Assembly (NCBI GenBank): GCA_035949055.1
Contig: DASZIO010000037.1
Span: 44,346-108,345 of the forward strand
From: Acidimicrobiales bacterium
GTDB lineage: Bacteria; Actinomycetota; Acidimicrobiia; Acidimicrobiales; RAAP-2
Reading direction: 5' to 3'
Length of the DNA: 64,000 nucleotides
Shown here: one piece after another, positions 18,007 to 28,101 of the stretch
How the letters are laid out: every line of letters begins with the position of its first letter
How positions within the stretch are numbered: the first letter of the stretch is position 1
Notes under the pieces: generated by a model
Told to the model about the DNA's origin: nothing
The model's database searches: none
The model's input: the letters and a program-made list of their open reading frames with translations, nothing else
Position numbers and translations under genes: made by a program

Positions 18007-18903
18007 ATGACCGAGGCGGAACCGGTTAAGAGTCGCCCGTTCGTCGACGGGCTCTTCTTCGGGGAGTGCCCGCGCTGGCACGACGGGCGACTGTGGTACG
18101 TCGACTTCTACTGCAGTGCGGTGTGCTCTGCCGACGAGGCGGGCAACGCCCGGGTCGAGGTCGAGGTGCCGGGCGAGCCGGCCGGACTGGGCTGGCTGCC
18201 GGACGGACGTCTGCTGGTCGTGGCCCGCAAGCCACGCACCGTCCTGCGCCTGGAGCCGGACGGGACGCTCGCCCTCCACGGCGATCTCAATCCGACGGCC
18301 ACGTTCTATGGCAACGACATGGTCGTCGACGCGGCGGGGCGCGCCTACGTCGGCAACTTCGGGTTCGACCTCCACGGTGTCATCGAGGAGCGGGGCGAGT
18401 GGGCGCTGATGGAGCCCCCGGGTCCCCCCACCACTGCCGTGGTGCGCATCGATCCCGACGGCTCGGCCCAGGTGGCCGCGGACGGCCTCTCTTTCCCCAA
18501 CGGGACGGTGATCACCCCTGACGGGAAGATGATGATCATGGCCGAGACCCTCGCCGGCCGGCTCACCGCCTTCGACATCGGCGACGACGGCGAGCTGACG
18601 GGCGGGCGGGTGTGGGCGTCACTCCCGTGGTGTGCACCCGACGGCATCTGCCTCGACGCGGGCGGTCGGGTGTGGGTGGCCAACGCCATCTCGCCCGAGT
18701 GCCTGCTGGTGGCCGAAGGTGGGGAGATCGTGCGACGGGTGGGCACCAGCCAGACCTGCTTCGCCTGCATGCTGGGCGGCTCCGACCGCCGCACCCTCTA
18801 CATGATGACCGCGCCGACCAGCACCGAGTCGGTGGCGAGCATCACCCGGGCCGGCCGGATCGAGCAGGCCCGGGTCGAGGTGGGCGGGACGGGGCTGCCC
18901 TGA
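18007..18903 (+). CDS. SMP-30/gluconolactonase/LRE family protein
   Basis: FGECPRWHDGRLWYVD, LPDGRLLV, FPNGTVITPDGK and PDGICLDAGGRVWVA are beta-propeller lactonase-type repeats. Confidence 0.75.
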   Translation: MTEAEPVKSRPFVDGLFFGECPRWHDGRLWYVDFYCSAVCSADEAGNARVEVEVPGEPAGLGWLPDGRLLVVARKPRTVLRLEPDGTLALHGDLNPTATFYGNDMVVDAAGRAYVGNFGFDLHGVIEERGEWALMEPPGPPTTAVVRIDPDGSAQVAADGLSFPNGTVITPDGKMMIMAETLAGRLTAFDIGDDGELTGGRVWASLPWCAPDGICLDAGGRVWVANAISPECLLVAEGGEIVRRVGTSQTCFACMLGGSDRRTLYMMTAPTSTESVASITRAGRIEQARVEVGGTGLP

Positions 18904-18936
18904 GCCCACCGGCGTCGAGCCCGGGCAGGCCGCCCG

Positions 18937-20139
18937 TCAGCGAAGCTTGACCAGTGCCTTGCGCAGGCTGCGCACTCCTTGGCCGATGCGCTGCTCGTTC
19001 TCGATGAGGGCGAACCGCACGTGGTCGTCACCACCGGGCCCAAACCCGACGCCGGGGGAGGTGGCGACGTCGGCCTCGTTGACCAGGAACTTGGAGAACT
19101 CGAGCGATCCCATCTCGCGGTAGGGCTCGGGAACGGGCGCCCAGACGAACATGGTCCCCCGAGGCGGGGTGATTTCCCAGCCGATGCGGTTGAGGCCCTC
19201 GCACAGGGCGTCCCGGCGGGCCTGGTAGCACTCGTTGATGAGCTTCGGGTAGTCGGGGGCCTCGTTCATGGCCACGATGGCGGCGATCTGGATGGGCTGG
19301 AACGTGCCGTAGTCGAGATAGCTCTTGAGCTTGGTCAAGGCCTGCACGATGGCGGCGTTGCCCACGAGGAACCCGACCCGCCATCCGGCCATGGAGAAGG
19401 ACTTGGTCAGGGTGTAGAGCTCGACGGCCACTTCCTTCGCTCCCGGCACCTGGAGAATCGACGGCGGCGTATACCCGTCGAAGGCGATGTCGGCGTAGGC
19501 GAAATCGTGGACCAGCACGATCTCGCGCTCTCGGGCGAACTCGACGAGCCGGGCCATCCAGTCGAGGTCGACACATTCGGTGGTGGGGTTGTGCGGGAAC
19601 GAGAGCACGACCAGGCGCGGCTTGGGCCAGGCCGACTCCCATGCCTCCATGAGGTTGCCGAAGAACGCTTCGCCCGGGCTCCCGCTGTCAGCCGAGCCGG
19701 GGGCGTCCAAGCGGACATGACGCACGTCGGCGCCGGCGAACAGGGGGGCGTAGATGTGGATGGGATAGGAGGGGGCGGGGACCAGGGCGGTGTCGCCCGG
19801 ACCGACCAGCACCCACATGAGATGCGAGAGGCCCTCCTTGGCGCCGATCGTCGTCACCACTTCGGAGTCGGGGTCCAGTTCGACCTCGAACTTGCGCAGG
19901 TAGAGGTCGCAGACGGCTTGGCGGATCTTCGGGATGCCGCGGCTGGCCGAATACCGGTGGTTCCGCGGGTTGTGGACGGCCTCGGCCAATTTCTCGACGG
20001 CCACGTCCGGGGAGGGCAGGTCGGGGTTGCCAAAGCCCAGATCGATGACGTCGCGGCCCTCGCGCCGGGCCGAGGCTTTGAGGTCGTTGATGGTCCCGAA
20101 GACGTAGGGCGGCAGGCCGTTGATCCGGCGGAACTCCAT
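18937..20139 (-). CDS. Class I/II PLP-dependent aminotransferase (AlaC/aspartate aminotransferase-like)
   Basis: 400 aa with [25 protein letters not shown] and an [13 protein letters not shown] Lys motif. Confidence 0.85.
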   Translation of the reverse strand: MEFRRINGLPPYVFGTINDLKASARREGRDVIDLGFGNPDLPSPDVAVEKLAEAVHNPRNHRYSASRGIPKIRQAVCDLYLRKFEVELDPDSEVVTTIGAKEGLSHLMWVLVGPGDTALVPAPSYPIHIYAPLFAGADVRHVRLDAPGSADSGSPGEAFFGNLMEAWESAWPKPRLVVLSFPHNPTTECVDLDWMARLVEFAREREIVLVHDFAYADIAFDGYTPPSILQVPGAKEVAVELYTLTKSFSMAGWRVGFLVGNAAIVQALTKLKSYLDYGTFQPIQIAAIVAMNEAPDYPKLINECYQARRDALCEGLNRIGWEITPPRGTMFVWAPVPEPYREMGSLEFSKFLVNEADVATSPGVGFGPGGDDHVRFALIENEQRIGQGVRSLRKALVKLR

Positions 20140-20249
20140 GGGACGAGGTTAGTCCTGGTCCACCACAGCATCGGGCCATGACCGGCCACCCCTACGGGTG
20201 GGTCTGCGGCTCCCGGAGGTGGTCGGTCAGCAGCCCCGGAGGTGGTCGG

Positions 20250-20951
20250 TCAGAAGGAGGCGCGCGCCGCGGCGGCCGCTTCGGCGACCGCGTCGAGCGA
20301 CTCCGGCCAGGCGCACACGGTCCAGGTGGCGCCGGCCGCGGCCAACTCACCGAGCTGCTCGGCGAGCTCGTGCACCGTTCCGTCCAGGGGTCCTCCCCAG
20401 GTGACCTCCAGCCCCGCCGCGGTGAGCTCGGCCACCTGGGCGAGCTCGCCCTCCCAGAGGTTGACGGCCGCCCCGACCTGGCGGGCCACCTCGACGGTCT
20501 TCGGGACCCCGCCCCCGATCCAGACCGGCACGCTTTCCCGGCGGACCGTGGCGGCGACCGACGCCATCCGGGCCCGTCGTTCGTCGGCCCGCTCGAAGGG
20601 GAGGCCGAAGGCCAGGTTCTCGGCGCGGCTCAGGTTGTCCCCCGTACCCAGGCCGGCGATGAAGCGCCGCCTGCTGATGGCCGACAGGCTGGTGATCACC
20701 GAGACCAGCACGTCGTCGGGCAACAGCCCGATCCGGGCCACCAACGAACCGAGCGCGATGGTCGTGGTGGAGGCGGCCACCGCACCGAGCAACGGGCTCG
20801 ACGAGAGGGCCGGGCGGTCGGGCTGGCCCAGGGGCCACAGATGGTCGAAGCAGAAGACCCCGTCGAGCCCCAGCTCCTCGGCGCGGCGGGCGGCGGCCAA
20901 CGCGCGGCCCGCCTCGTCGCAGAACTGGGGAAGGGTGACGCCGACCCTCAT
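20250..20951 (-). CDS. LLM-class (luciferase-like) flavin/F420-dependent oxidoreductase
   Basis: Motifs MRVGVTLPQF, GLDGVFCFDHLWP and IAGLGTGD are present. Start is ATG 20951. Confidence 0.7.
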   Translation of the reverse strand: MRVGVTLPQFCDEAGRALAAARRAEELGLDGVFCFDHLWPLGQPDRPALSSSPLLGAVAASTTTIALGSLVARIGLLPDDVLVSVITSLSAISRRRFIAGLGTGDNLSRAENLAFGLPFERADERRARMASVAATVRRESVPVWIGGGVPKTVEVARQVGAAVNLWEGELAQVAELTAAGLEVTWGGPLDGTVHELAEQLGELAAAGATWTVCAWPESLDAVAEAAAAARASF

Positions 20952-20994
20952 GACACCGGTGCCGGCGGGGGGGCCGGTCACGCGGGCCGCCCGG

Positions 20995-21438
20995 TCACGC
21001 CGTCGATTCGACCCGGGCCTTGAGCTCCCGCAGCGCGATCGACATGATGCGGCTCTGGGCCCGCATCTTGATGAACCCGGGCAACGGCACCTTCATCTCG
21101 ACCTCGAGGTGGTAGGTGACCTGGGTCCCGCCGTCGCCATTGGGCTCGAAGACATAGCGACCGTCGAGCTTGGAGGTGATGTCGCCCCGCGTCTGCACCC
21201 ATGAGAGCACCTTGGGCGACTCGCTGTAGTCGTAGGCCAGCGTGTAGCTGGTGCTGCGGCCGAAGGCCGCGGCCCGGAACGTGACCAGCTCGGGCCGGCC
21301 CTGGTCGTCACGCTCGTCGATGGTGACTTCCTTGATGTCGGACGCCCACTGCGGGTACGCACCGATGTCGGAGCTGACCTCGAAGCACCGTGCCGGCGTG
21401 GCCGCAACCACCATGCGTTCAGTGGCTTGTTCCGCCAC
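20995..21438 (-). CDS. SRPBCC (START/polyketide cyclase-like) family protein
   Basis: 147 aa. The pattern FEVSSDIGAYPQWASDIKEV...LSWVQTRGDITSKLDGRYVFEP is typical of the family. Confidence 0.65.
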   Translation of the reverse strand: MAEQATERMVVAATPARCFEVSSDIGAYPQWASDIKEVTIDERDDQGRPELVTFRAAAFGRSTSYTLAYDYSESPKVLSWVQTRGDITSKLDGRYVFEPNGDGGTQVTYHLEVEMKVPLPGFIKMRAQSRIMSIALRELKARVESTA

Positions 21439-21483
21439 GATGGGGCCTCCTCATCAACTCGCCGGTACTGGTCGGGCAATCCT

Positions 21484-22626
21484 TCAGCCTCCCATGTCGG
21501 CCAAGGCCGAGGCCAGCCTAGGAGCGAGTCTGTCATAGTCGAAGGATGCCTCGGCCCGGCGGCGAGCGGCCGCACCCATCTTCGATCGCAGCTCCTCGTC
21601 CTCGAGCAGCCGACCGATCGACCGGGCCGCCGCACCGACATCGGTCGGGCGCCGAACGACCAGACCGGTGCATTCGTGCTCGACCGCCTCCCACGCGCCG
21701 CCTGAGGCTCCGGCAACCTGGGGGACGCCCGCGGCGGCGGCTTCGAGGAAGACGATGCCGAACCCCTCCTGTTCGAGCCCGAGCCAGCGATTGCGGCAGA
21801 GCATGGCGAAGACGTCGGCCGCCCCGACGAGGCGCGGCAGGTCGACATCGGAGACCCCGCCGAGGAGGCGAACCGGGGCGGAGTGCTCAGCCACCCTTCC
21901 GGCCAGGCGGTCCCAGTCCCGACCGCGGCCGGCTATGGCCACCGTGAGATCGGGTAGATCAGGATGCAGGCGAACCGCCGCGTCGATGAGCACGTCCATC
22001 CCCTTGCGCGGCACGAGGCGGCTGACGCTGACGACGAGCGGTCCCTCGACGGGCAGGCCGAGGTCGACCCGGGCCCCGGCCCGCTCCCCTGCGGTGAGGG
22101 GTCGGAACCGGCGGAGGTCGACGCCGGGCGGGACCTCGACGACCGTCGGCAAGGTCGCCCGGCGCAAGGCACCCGCCGCCTCGGCGGCCGGATAGCCGCC
22201 GGCGGAGACGACCACCGTGCTGTGGCGCAACACCCGGGCGACGATCCGGCGGGTCAGGGGCAACCGGCCCGGGACGGCGACCTCGGCACCGTGAAGGATC
22301 ACGCCGTAGGGCAGACCCAGCTGGGGTCCGACGACACCGAGTGGGAAGGCGGGGTCGATCAGGACGAGGTCGGCACCTATCCGTCGAGCCGAGTCCCGGA
22401 TGCGGCGCACCAGGCTCGGGGTCGGAGCGAGCACCCGGCCCGGGACCCGCTCGATGCGGATGCCGTGAGCACCCTGTTGGCGGTCGAAGGCCGACGCGTC
22501 CGGGTGCGACCGGGCGGTGAGCACGGCGAAGGTGGCGGGCTCGAGGCGACGCCAGAGCTCCCAGAGGTAGGCCTGGATCCCGCCGACCTTGGGCGGGAAG
22601 TCGTTGGTCACCAGCAGGTGGGTCAT
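21484..22626 (-). CDS. Glycosyltransferase family 4, PimB/mannosyltransferase-like
   Basis: The N-terminus is LLVTNDFPPKVGGIQAYLWEL and the EX7E region is EQEGFGIVFLEAAAAGVPQV. An ATGA overlap links it to queG at 22623-22626. Confidence 0.8.
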   Translation of the reverse strand: MTHLLVTNDFPPKVGGIQAYLWELWRRLEPATFAVLTARSHPDASAFDRQQGAHGIRIERVPGRVLAPTPSLVRRIRDSARRIGADLVLIDPAFPLGVVGPQLGLPYGVILHGAEVAVPGRLPLTRRIVARVLRHSTVVVSAGGYPAAEAAGALRRATLPTVVEVPPGVDLRRFRPLTAGERAGARVDLGLPVEGPLVVSVSRLVPRKGMDVLIDAAVRLHPDLPDLTVAIAGRGRDWDRLAGRVAEHSAPVRLLGGVSDVDLPRLVGAADVFAMLCRNRWLGLEQEGFGIVFLEAAAAGVPQVAGASGGAWEAVEHECTGLVVRRPTDVGAAARSIGRLLEDEELRSKMGAAARRRAEASFDYDRLAPRLASALADMGG

Positions 22627-23798
22627 GAAGCCCGGTCCACCAGATCGGCTCGGCCCAGCGCGCGGGCCGCCCAGCGGGCATGTTCGGCGAGCATCGGGTC
22701 GTCGACACCGAGCCAGTGCAACAACGTCGCCTCGGTGGACGGGTCTCGGCCGTCCCCGGTGTTGCCGAGCACCACGAGCGCATTGCGCCGCAGGTAACGA
22801 GGATCACGGTGGGCGATGTACCAGCGTCCGTGGGCGGCCATCAGATCGTCGTCGGACGATGCCAGCAACGTGAGGACGTCGACGTGCGCCGTGCCGTCGG
22901 GCTCGGGCCGCTCCGGTTGATGCCCTCGGTCGGCGAGCCGGTTGACCGGGCATACCTGCTGGCATTCGTCGCACCCGTAGAGCCGGTCACCGAGTGCGCT
23001 GCGGAACTCCTCGGGGAACGATCCGGGTGCCTGCACCAGCCAGGCCAGGCAACGGCGGGCATCGACCACCCCCGGTTCTGACAGGGCGCCGGTCGGGCAG
23101 GCGGCCCGGCAGCGTGCACACGTCCCACACCCGCTTCCGTGCGGCTGCGGTTCGGCCGAGCTCGGCCGGAGCGGGGCGTCGGTGACCACCGAGCCGAGGA
23201 CGAACCACGAGCCCAGACCGTCGAGGAAGAAGAGGGTGTTCTTGCCGTACCAGCCGAGCCCGGCCCGGTGGGCCGCCGCCCGGTCGACCAACGCGTTGTC
23301 GTCGCACACCACCGCGGCGCGCCATCCGAGCGACTCGAGGTGCAGGGCCATGGGGGCCAGCGCGTCCCGCAGCCGCGCATAGTGGTCGTGTCGGGCGTAG
23401 CGGGCCACGCGGCCCTGCGGGTGCGGCACGCCGGAGCCGGGAGACGCCGGGGGCCGCCGGGTCGATGGCGCGTGAACGGAGTCGGGCCCGCCGTCGCCGT
23501 AGGACAGCGCCCCGACCACGAGGGCCCGGGCCCCGGGGACGATACGGGCCGGATCGGTTGAGCGCTCGGGGTTGCGATAGGTGAATTGCATCCCCGCGGC
23601 CAAGCCCCGCGCCCGCCGCTCGACGAGCACTCGGCGGGTGTCGGTGAACACCTCGACCGCGGCCACACCGACCGCGGCCAGACCCGACCGCCGTCCCAGG
23701 TCGACCAGATCCCCGGTGAGTGCCGCATCCGACTCCGCCTCGGACCGAACGGTGCCGGGGGTGGTCGATCGGGATCGGGACACGCCCCATGGTGGCAC
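22623..23798 (-). CDS. queG: Epoxyqueuosine reductase
   Basis: Two 4Fe-4S motifs (CGTCARCRAACPTGAL, CDECQQVCPVN) are followed by a C-terminal HEAT-like tail. Confidence 0.85.
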   Translation of the reverse strand: MPPWGVSRSRSTTPGTVRSEAESDAALTGDLVDLGRRSGLAAVGVAAVEVFTDTRRVLVERRARGLAAGMQFTYRNPERSTDPARIVPGARALVVGALSYGDGGPDSVHAPSTRRPPASPGSGVPHPQGRVARYARHDHYARLRDALAPMALHLESLGWRAAVVCDDNALVDRAAAHRAGLGWYGKNTLFFLDGLGSWFVLGSVVTDAPLRPSSAEPQPHGSGCGTCARCRAACPTGALSEPGVVDARRCLAWLVQAPGSFPEEFRSALGDRLYGCDECQQVCPVNRLADRGHQPERPEPDGTAHVDVLTLLASSDDDLMAAHGRWYIAHRDPRYLRRNALVVLGNTGDGRDPSTEATLLHWLGVDDPMLAEHARWAARALGRADLVDRAS

Positions 23799-23864
23799 GG
23801 GCGGTTCGAGGGGAAGAGCGCCGAGGGAGGTCGTCCCGTCAGGGGGCCCGACCTCAGCGGCGGG

Positions 23865-24191
23865 TCAGCCCACCTGCCTCGCATGGCGCACTCCGGGCAC
23901 GAGGCCCGCCTGCTCCAGCAGGCGCACCGCCCGGGCCTCCTCGGCATCGACGACGACGGCGTCACCCGGCTGCCGGCCGACGATGAAGGAGACGACACAG
24001 TCGTCACAGACCGGGGTGAAGCGATGGCGGCAGTCGGCGCAGTCGATGGTGAGGGAGTCGGCCGCCGGGGGCCGGACCGAACGGGTCGACGGCGTGGCGA
24101 CCGGCACCGCCGGCGGGACGGGCGGTGGCAAGGGGGGGGATGGCGACACGGGTGGACCTCCTGGCGGTGGTGGGACGGCCGTCTGTTCCAT
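23865..24191 (-). CDS. Small hypothetical protein: Pro-rich N-terminus plus CxxC...CxxC zinc-ribbon-like core
   Basis: The 108-aa ORF contains CADCRHRFTPVCDDC. No family was recognised. Confidence 0.4.
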   Translation of the reverse strand: MEQTAVPPPPGGPPVSPSPPLPPPVPPAVPVATPSTRSVRPPAADSLTIDCADCRHRFTPVCDDCVVSFIVGRQPGDAVVVDAEEARAVRLLEQAGLVPGVRHARQVG

Positions 24192-24314
24192 GCCCCCAGG
24201 ATCACCGACGGTTGTGACACCCTCCGGTCCCGCCCCCTTCGGCCTGGTCGTTCGGGGGGTGATGACAGACCGGGCGGCTCGGCCGGCCGAGCGCGGGGGC
24301 AGTGCCGTCGAGCC

Positions 24315-25232
24315 TCAGTACCCCGCGTCGGGATCGACCCGGCCCAGCAGCGGACGGCCGGAGCCGAACCGCTCGACATTCACCCGGATCCGCTCGGCCA
24401 AGGCGGGCAGCACCATCTCCACGGTGTCGGCGGTATGGGGGGTGATGATGCAGTTGGGCCGGTCCCAGAGCGGGTGGCCGTCCGGAAGTGGCTCGGGGTC
24501 CGTCACGTCGAGCGCCGCCCCCGCGATAGAACCGTGGCCGAGGGCGTCGACGAGAGCATCGGTGTCGACGTGGGGGCCGCGGGCCACGTTCACCAGCCAG
24601 GCCCGCTCGTCCATGCGGGTCAGCTCGGGCGCCGAGATGATTCCCCGGGTCTCCGGAGTGAGGGCGAGGGCGAGCACCACCAGAAGGGAGCCGGGCAGGA
24701 CGTCGTGGAGAGACGAGGTCGGGACGGTGGTCGCGGCACCGGCCACCGGTTCGGCCCGGCGTCGCACCACCGTGATCTCGGCCCGGAACGGGGTGAGCAG
24801 CCCGATCAACGCGCCGGTGATGCCGCCGCCCCCGAGGATGGTCACCCGCTGGCCGTAGAGGCTGTCGCCGGCCGGTGACCCCCATGACCGGGCACCGATC
24901 CGCTCATGGAGGCGACGCAGGCCGGCCAGTCCGAGCATCAGCGCGTGCTCGGCCACGGGCTCGCCATAGGAGCCCTTGGCACTGGTCCACAGGCGATCGT
25001 GGTCCAGCAGGCCGTGCTCCACCATGCGTTCGATGCCAGCCATCGGCAACTGCACCCACCGGACCCCCGGAGCCGACGCCATGGCCTCGGCGAGGACCGC
25101 GGGATGGTGACTGTCGAGCCAGACGAGGGCGTCCGGGTCCTCGGTGAGCCCGACCACCGAGCCTCCACCATCGGCGACCGCCCGGGCGGCGAACGAAGCG
25201 GGATGGGGACCGATGGCCACTCTGGGGATCAT
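24315..25232 (-). CDS. D-isomer-specific 2-hydroxyacid dehydrogenase family, NAD-binding
   Basis: Motifs VTILGGGGITG, NVARGPHVDTDAL, ALDVTDPEPLP and ITPHTA are present. ATG 25232 (MIPRVAIG) was chosen inside the 579-aa ORF. Confidence 0.8.
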   Translation of the reverse strand: MIPRVAIGPHPASFAARAVADGGGSVVGLTEDPDALVWLDSHHPAVLAEAMASAPGVRWVQLPMAGIERMVEHGLLDHDRLWTSAKGSYGEPVAEHALMLGLAGLRRLHERIGARSWGSPAGDSLYGQRVTILGGGGITGALIGLLTPFRAEITVVRRRAEPVAGAATTVPTSSLHDVLPGSLLVVLALALTPETRGIISAPELTRMDERAWLVNVARGPHVDTDALVDALGHGSIAGAALDVTDPEPLPDGHPLWDRPNCIITPHTADTVEMVLPALAERIRVNVERFGSGRPLLGRVDPDAGY

Positions 25233-25322
25233 TCCGGGCACACTATCGACGCCGGTCCACCCACACCTCGGCCGTGATTTGCTCCAAAATGGGCCGGCAC
25301 CTGGGATCCGGAGGGGGAGCTC

Positions 25323-26858
25323 ATGATCATCCAGTTCAACGTCCGTGACTTCCTCGACCGGGCCGAGGTGGCCTATCCGGACCGGGTCGGATTGATCGAC
25401 GAGCCCGATCAGCCGGCGGCCCCGTGGGGGGACCTGACCTTCACCCAGATGGCCGCCAAGGCGCGCGCCCAGGCGGCTGGGCTCGACCGCCTCGGGGTGA
25501 GGCCGGGCGAACGGGTGGCGATCGTCTCCCATAACAGCTCGCGCTTGCTGACATCGTTCTACGGCGTGTGCGGGTGGGGTCGGATCCTCGTCCCGATCAA
25601 CTTCCGCCTCGGAGCTGCCGAGGTGGCGTACATCGTGGAGCACGCAGGCGCGTCGGTGGTGTTGGTCGACCCCGAACTCGACGACGACCTCGCCTCCGTC
25701 GTGGCGCCCCACCGCTTCCTGCTGGGGGCCGACAGCGACGAGGTCCTCTTCCCTGCTGACGGCGCGCCGCGGCCATGGACCTCCGACGAGAACGCCACGG
25801 CCACCATCAACTACACGTCGGGCACCACGGCCCGGCCGAAGGGGGTCCAGCTCACCCACCGCAACTGCTGGGTCAACGCCGCCGTGTTCGGATGGCACAT
25901 CCAGGTCGCCGACCGCGACGCCTACCTCCACTCGCTTCCCATGTTCCACGCCAACGGCTGGGGCATGCCCTGGGCGACGACGGCCATGGGCTGCCCACAG
26001 GTCGCCCTGCGCAAGGTCGACGGGGCCGAGATCCTCCGACGGGTGGACCGGCACCAGGTGAGCCTCATGTGCGCGGCCCCGGCCGTGGTCAACGCGGTGC
26101 TCGGCGCCCTTCCCGACTGGGACGGACCGGTGCCCGGCCGGAACCGGACCCGGGTGGTGGTGGCGGGGGCACCGCCCCCCAGCCGCACCATCGAGCGCAT
26201 CGAGTCAGAACTCGAATGGGAGTTCATCCAGATCTACGGATTGACCGAGACCTCGCCGCTGCTCACCGTCAACCGCTGCCGGTCCGACTGGGACGACCAT
26301 CCCTCCGCCGAGAGGGCCCGCAAGATGATGCGGGCCGGGGCACCGGCGGTCGGTACCGAGCTCCGGGTGGACCAGACCGGTGAGGTGCTGGCCCGCAGCA
26401 ACACGGTGATGCAGGGCTACTGGCGGCAACCCGAGGAGACCGAGGCGGCACTGGCGGACGGGTGGTTCCACACCGGAGACGGGGGGGCCGTCGACGAGGA
26501 GGGCCATCTGAGCATCCTCGACCGGAAGAAGGACGTCATCATCTCCGGCGGGGAGAACGTCTCGTCCATCGAGGTCGAGGATGCCATCTTCTCGCTGGAG
26601 GGCGTGGCCGAGGTGGCCGTGATCGGCATCCCCGACGACACCTGGGGGGAGATGGTCGTGGCCCTGGTGGTCCCGAACGAGGGCAGCGGGCTGAGCGAAC
26701 AGGACGTGACCGACCACTGCCGGCGGACGCTGGCCGGTTACAAGTGCCCCAAGCAGGTCGAGTTCCGCGACCAGTTGCCGAGGACGGCGACCGGGAAGCT
26801 CCAGAAGTTCAGGCTGCGTGCCCCCTATTGGGAAGGACGTGAGCGCCAGGTGAACTGA
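25323..26858 (+). CDS. AMP-dependent acyl-CoA synthetase/ligase
   Basis: The AMP-binding motif is YTSGTTARPKGV, with HTGDGG...DRKKDVIISGGENV and the C-terminal GKLQK. Confidence 0.9.
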   Translation: MIIQFNVRDFLDRAEVAYPDRVGLIDEPDQPAAPWGDLTFTQMAAKARAQAAGLDRLGVRPGERVAIVSHNSSRLLTSFYGVCGWGRILVPINFRLGAAEVAYIVEHAGASVVLVDPELDDDLASVVAPHRFLLGADSDEVLFPADGAPRPWTSDENATATINYTSGTTARPKGVQLTHRNCWVNAAVFGWHIQVADRDAYLHSLPMFHANGWGMPWATTAMGCPQVALRKVDGAEILRRVDRHQVSLMCAAPAVVNAVLGALPDWDGPVPGRNRTRVVVAGAPPPSRTIERIESELEWEFIQIYGLTETSPLLTVNRCRSDWDDHPSAERARKMMRAGAPAVGTELRVDQTGEVLARSNTVMQGYWRQPEETEAALADGWFHTGDGGAVDEEGHLSILDRKKDVIISGGENVSSIEVEDAIFSLEGVAEVAVIGIPDDTWGEMVVALVVPNEGSGLSEQDVTDHCRRTLAGYKCPKQVEFRDQLPRTATGKLQKFRLRAPYWEGRERQVN

Positions 26859-26902
26859 GGCGGCGCCGGCGGTCCGCCCGGGTCGTCCTTCTGGCGGTCA
26901 AC

Positions 26903-27130
26903 GTGAATCCCTTCCACTCCGCCGTGGCCGACGTGGCCTCGTTCACCGACGAGCACCGGCGGAACACCATTCCGTACTGGCACTTCCTGACTGGCCCGGT
27001 CGGCACGTTCCAAGCCACATCGAGCAGCTACGGCGTCAGTGTCGACGCACCGAGCCCCGAGACCGATGTGGTCCACTCCTCTTTCGTCTACTTCATCGAT
27101 CCGAATGGGCGCTACCTCGGCTCACCGTAG
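26903..27130 (+). pseudogene. C-terminal remnant of an SCO1/SenC (thioredoxin-fold copper chaperone) gene
   Basis: The 75-aa ORF reads WHFLTGP...YGVSV...VVHSSFVYFIDPNGR. That matches the SCO pattern W-x-FLTG...HS-x-x-x-Y-x-IDP-x-G, but the N-terminal TM and CxxxC half are absent. Confidence 0.45.
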
Positions 27131-27225
27131 GACGACCACCGGGCCAACGGCGACGCCTACCTCCCGGGCGGTCAGATCTCGGCCTGGGGACAGGGAATCG
27201 CCGCGGTGGCACGGAGTAGGGACGC

Positions 27226-28059
27226 CTAGCAGGGCAGGAAGTCGAGGAGCAGCCGGGTCAGCTCGTCGGGGGCGTCGAGTGGTATCCAGTGCCCGGGGCC
27301 CTCCAGGCGTTCGTAGCGCCACGGTCCGGACACGAACCCCGAAGACGCGGTCATCTGCTGCTCGGTGAGCGCGAAGTCCCCCGTGCTCCACACGCCCATG
27401 GTCGGGGCCGGCACCGGAGGAAAGTCGGGGGGCGGCTCGGCCCACGTCCTCGGGGGGATGTTGGCCCGGTACCAGTTGAGACCCGGAGTCAGCGACCCGT
27501 TGGCCTCGAGCTCGGCGATCACCGCGTCGGCGTCGGGATGGTTCGACCAGGCCCGGAAGTTGGCCCATCCGTCCGCCGACAGCCACTGCTCCGCCACCCC
27601 CTCGAACTGGAACAGGAACATGTACCAGGACTTCTGGAGCTGGGCGAACCCGGCATCACGAAACGCCATGGGATGGCCGACGGAGAGGGCCACGAGGTGG
27701 TCGACCCGGTCGGGCAGCAGCGAGCCGAGGGTCCAGGCCAAGGCGGCCCCCCAGTCGTGACCGACCACGTGCGCCCGGCCGACGCCGAGCTCGTCGAGCA
27801 CGGCGATGACGTCGGCCGCCACGAACAGGAGCGAGTAGTCCTCGATGCCCGGCGGCTGGCCGGAGGCGCCATACCCCCGCAGGTCCGGCACGATGACCTG
27901 CAACCCGGCCGCGGCCAACGGCTCCACCTGACGGCGCCACAACCGGCCCGAGTCGGGAAAGCCGTGCAACAGGACGACCGGGCGGCCGGACCCGGTCACC
28001 TCGAAATGGACATCGACTCCGCCGCTGTCAATGCGCACGGGTGCACCCTCCAGGCCCAA
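27226..28059 (-). CDS. Alpha/beta hydrolase (epoxide hydrolase/haloalkane dehalogenase-like)
   Basis: It shows VVLLHGFPDSGRLWRRQ, PDLRGYG and a nucleophile elbow VVGHDWGAALAW. Confidence 0.8.
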   Translation of the reverse strand: MGLEGAPVRIDSGGVDVHFEVTGSGRPVVLLHGFPDSGRLWRRQVEPLAAAGLQVIVPDLRGYGASGQPPGIEDYSLLFVAADVIAVLDELGVGRAHVVGHDWGAALAWTLGSLLPDRVDHLVALSVGHPMAFRDAGFAQLQKSWYMFLFQFEGVAEQWLSADGWANFRAWSNHPDADAVIAELEANGSLTPGLNWYRANIPPRTWAEPPPDFPPVPAPTMGVWSTGDFALTEQQMTASSGFVSGPWRYERLEGPGHWIPLDAPDELTRLLLDFLPC

Positions 28060-28101
28060 GGGGATGACGCACCCGACCGACCGGTGATCCGGCGAGGGGT
28101 G

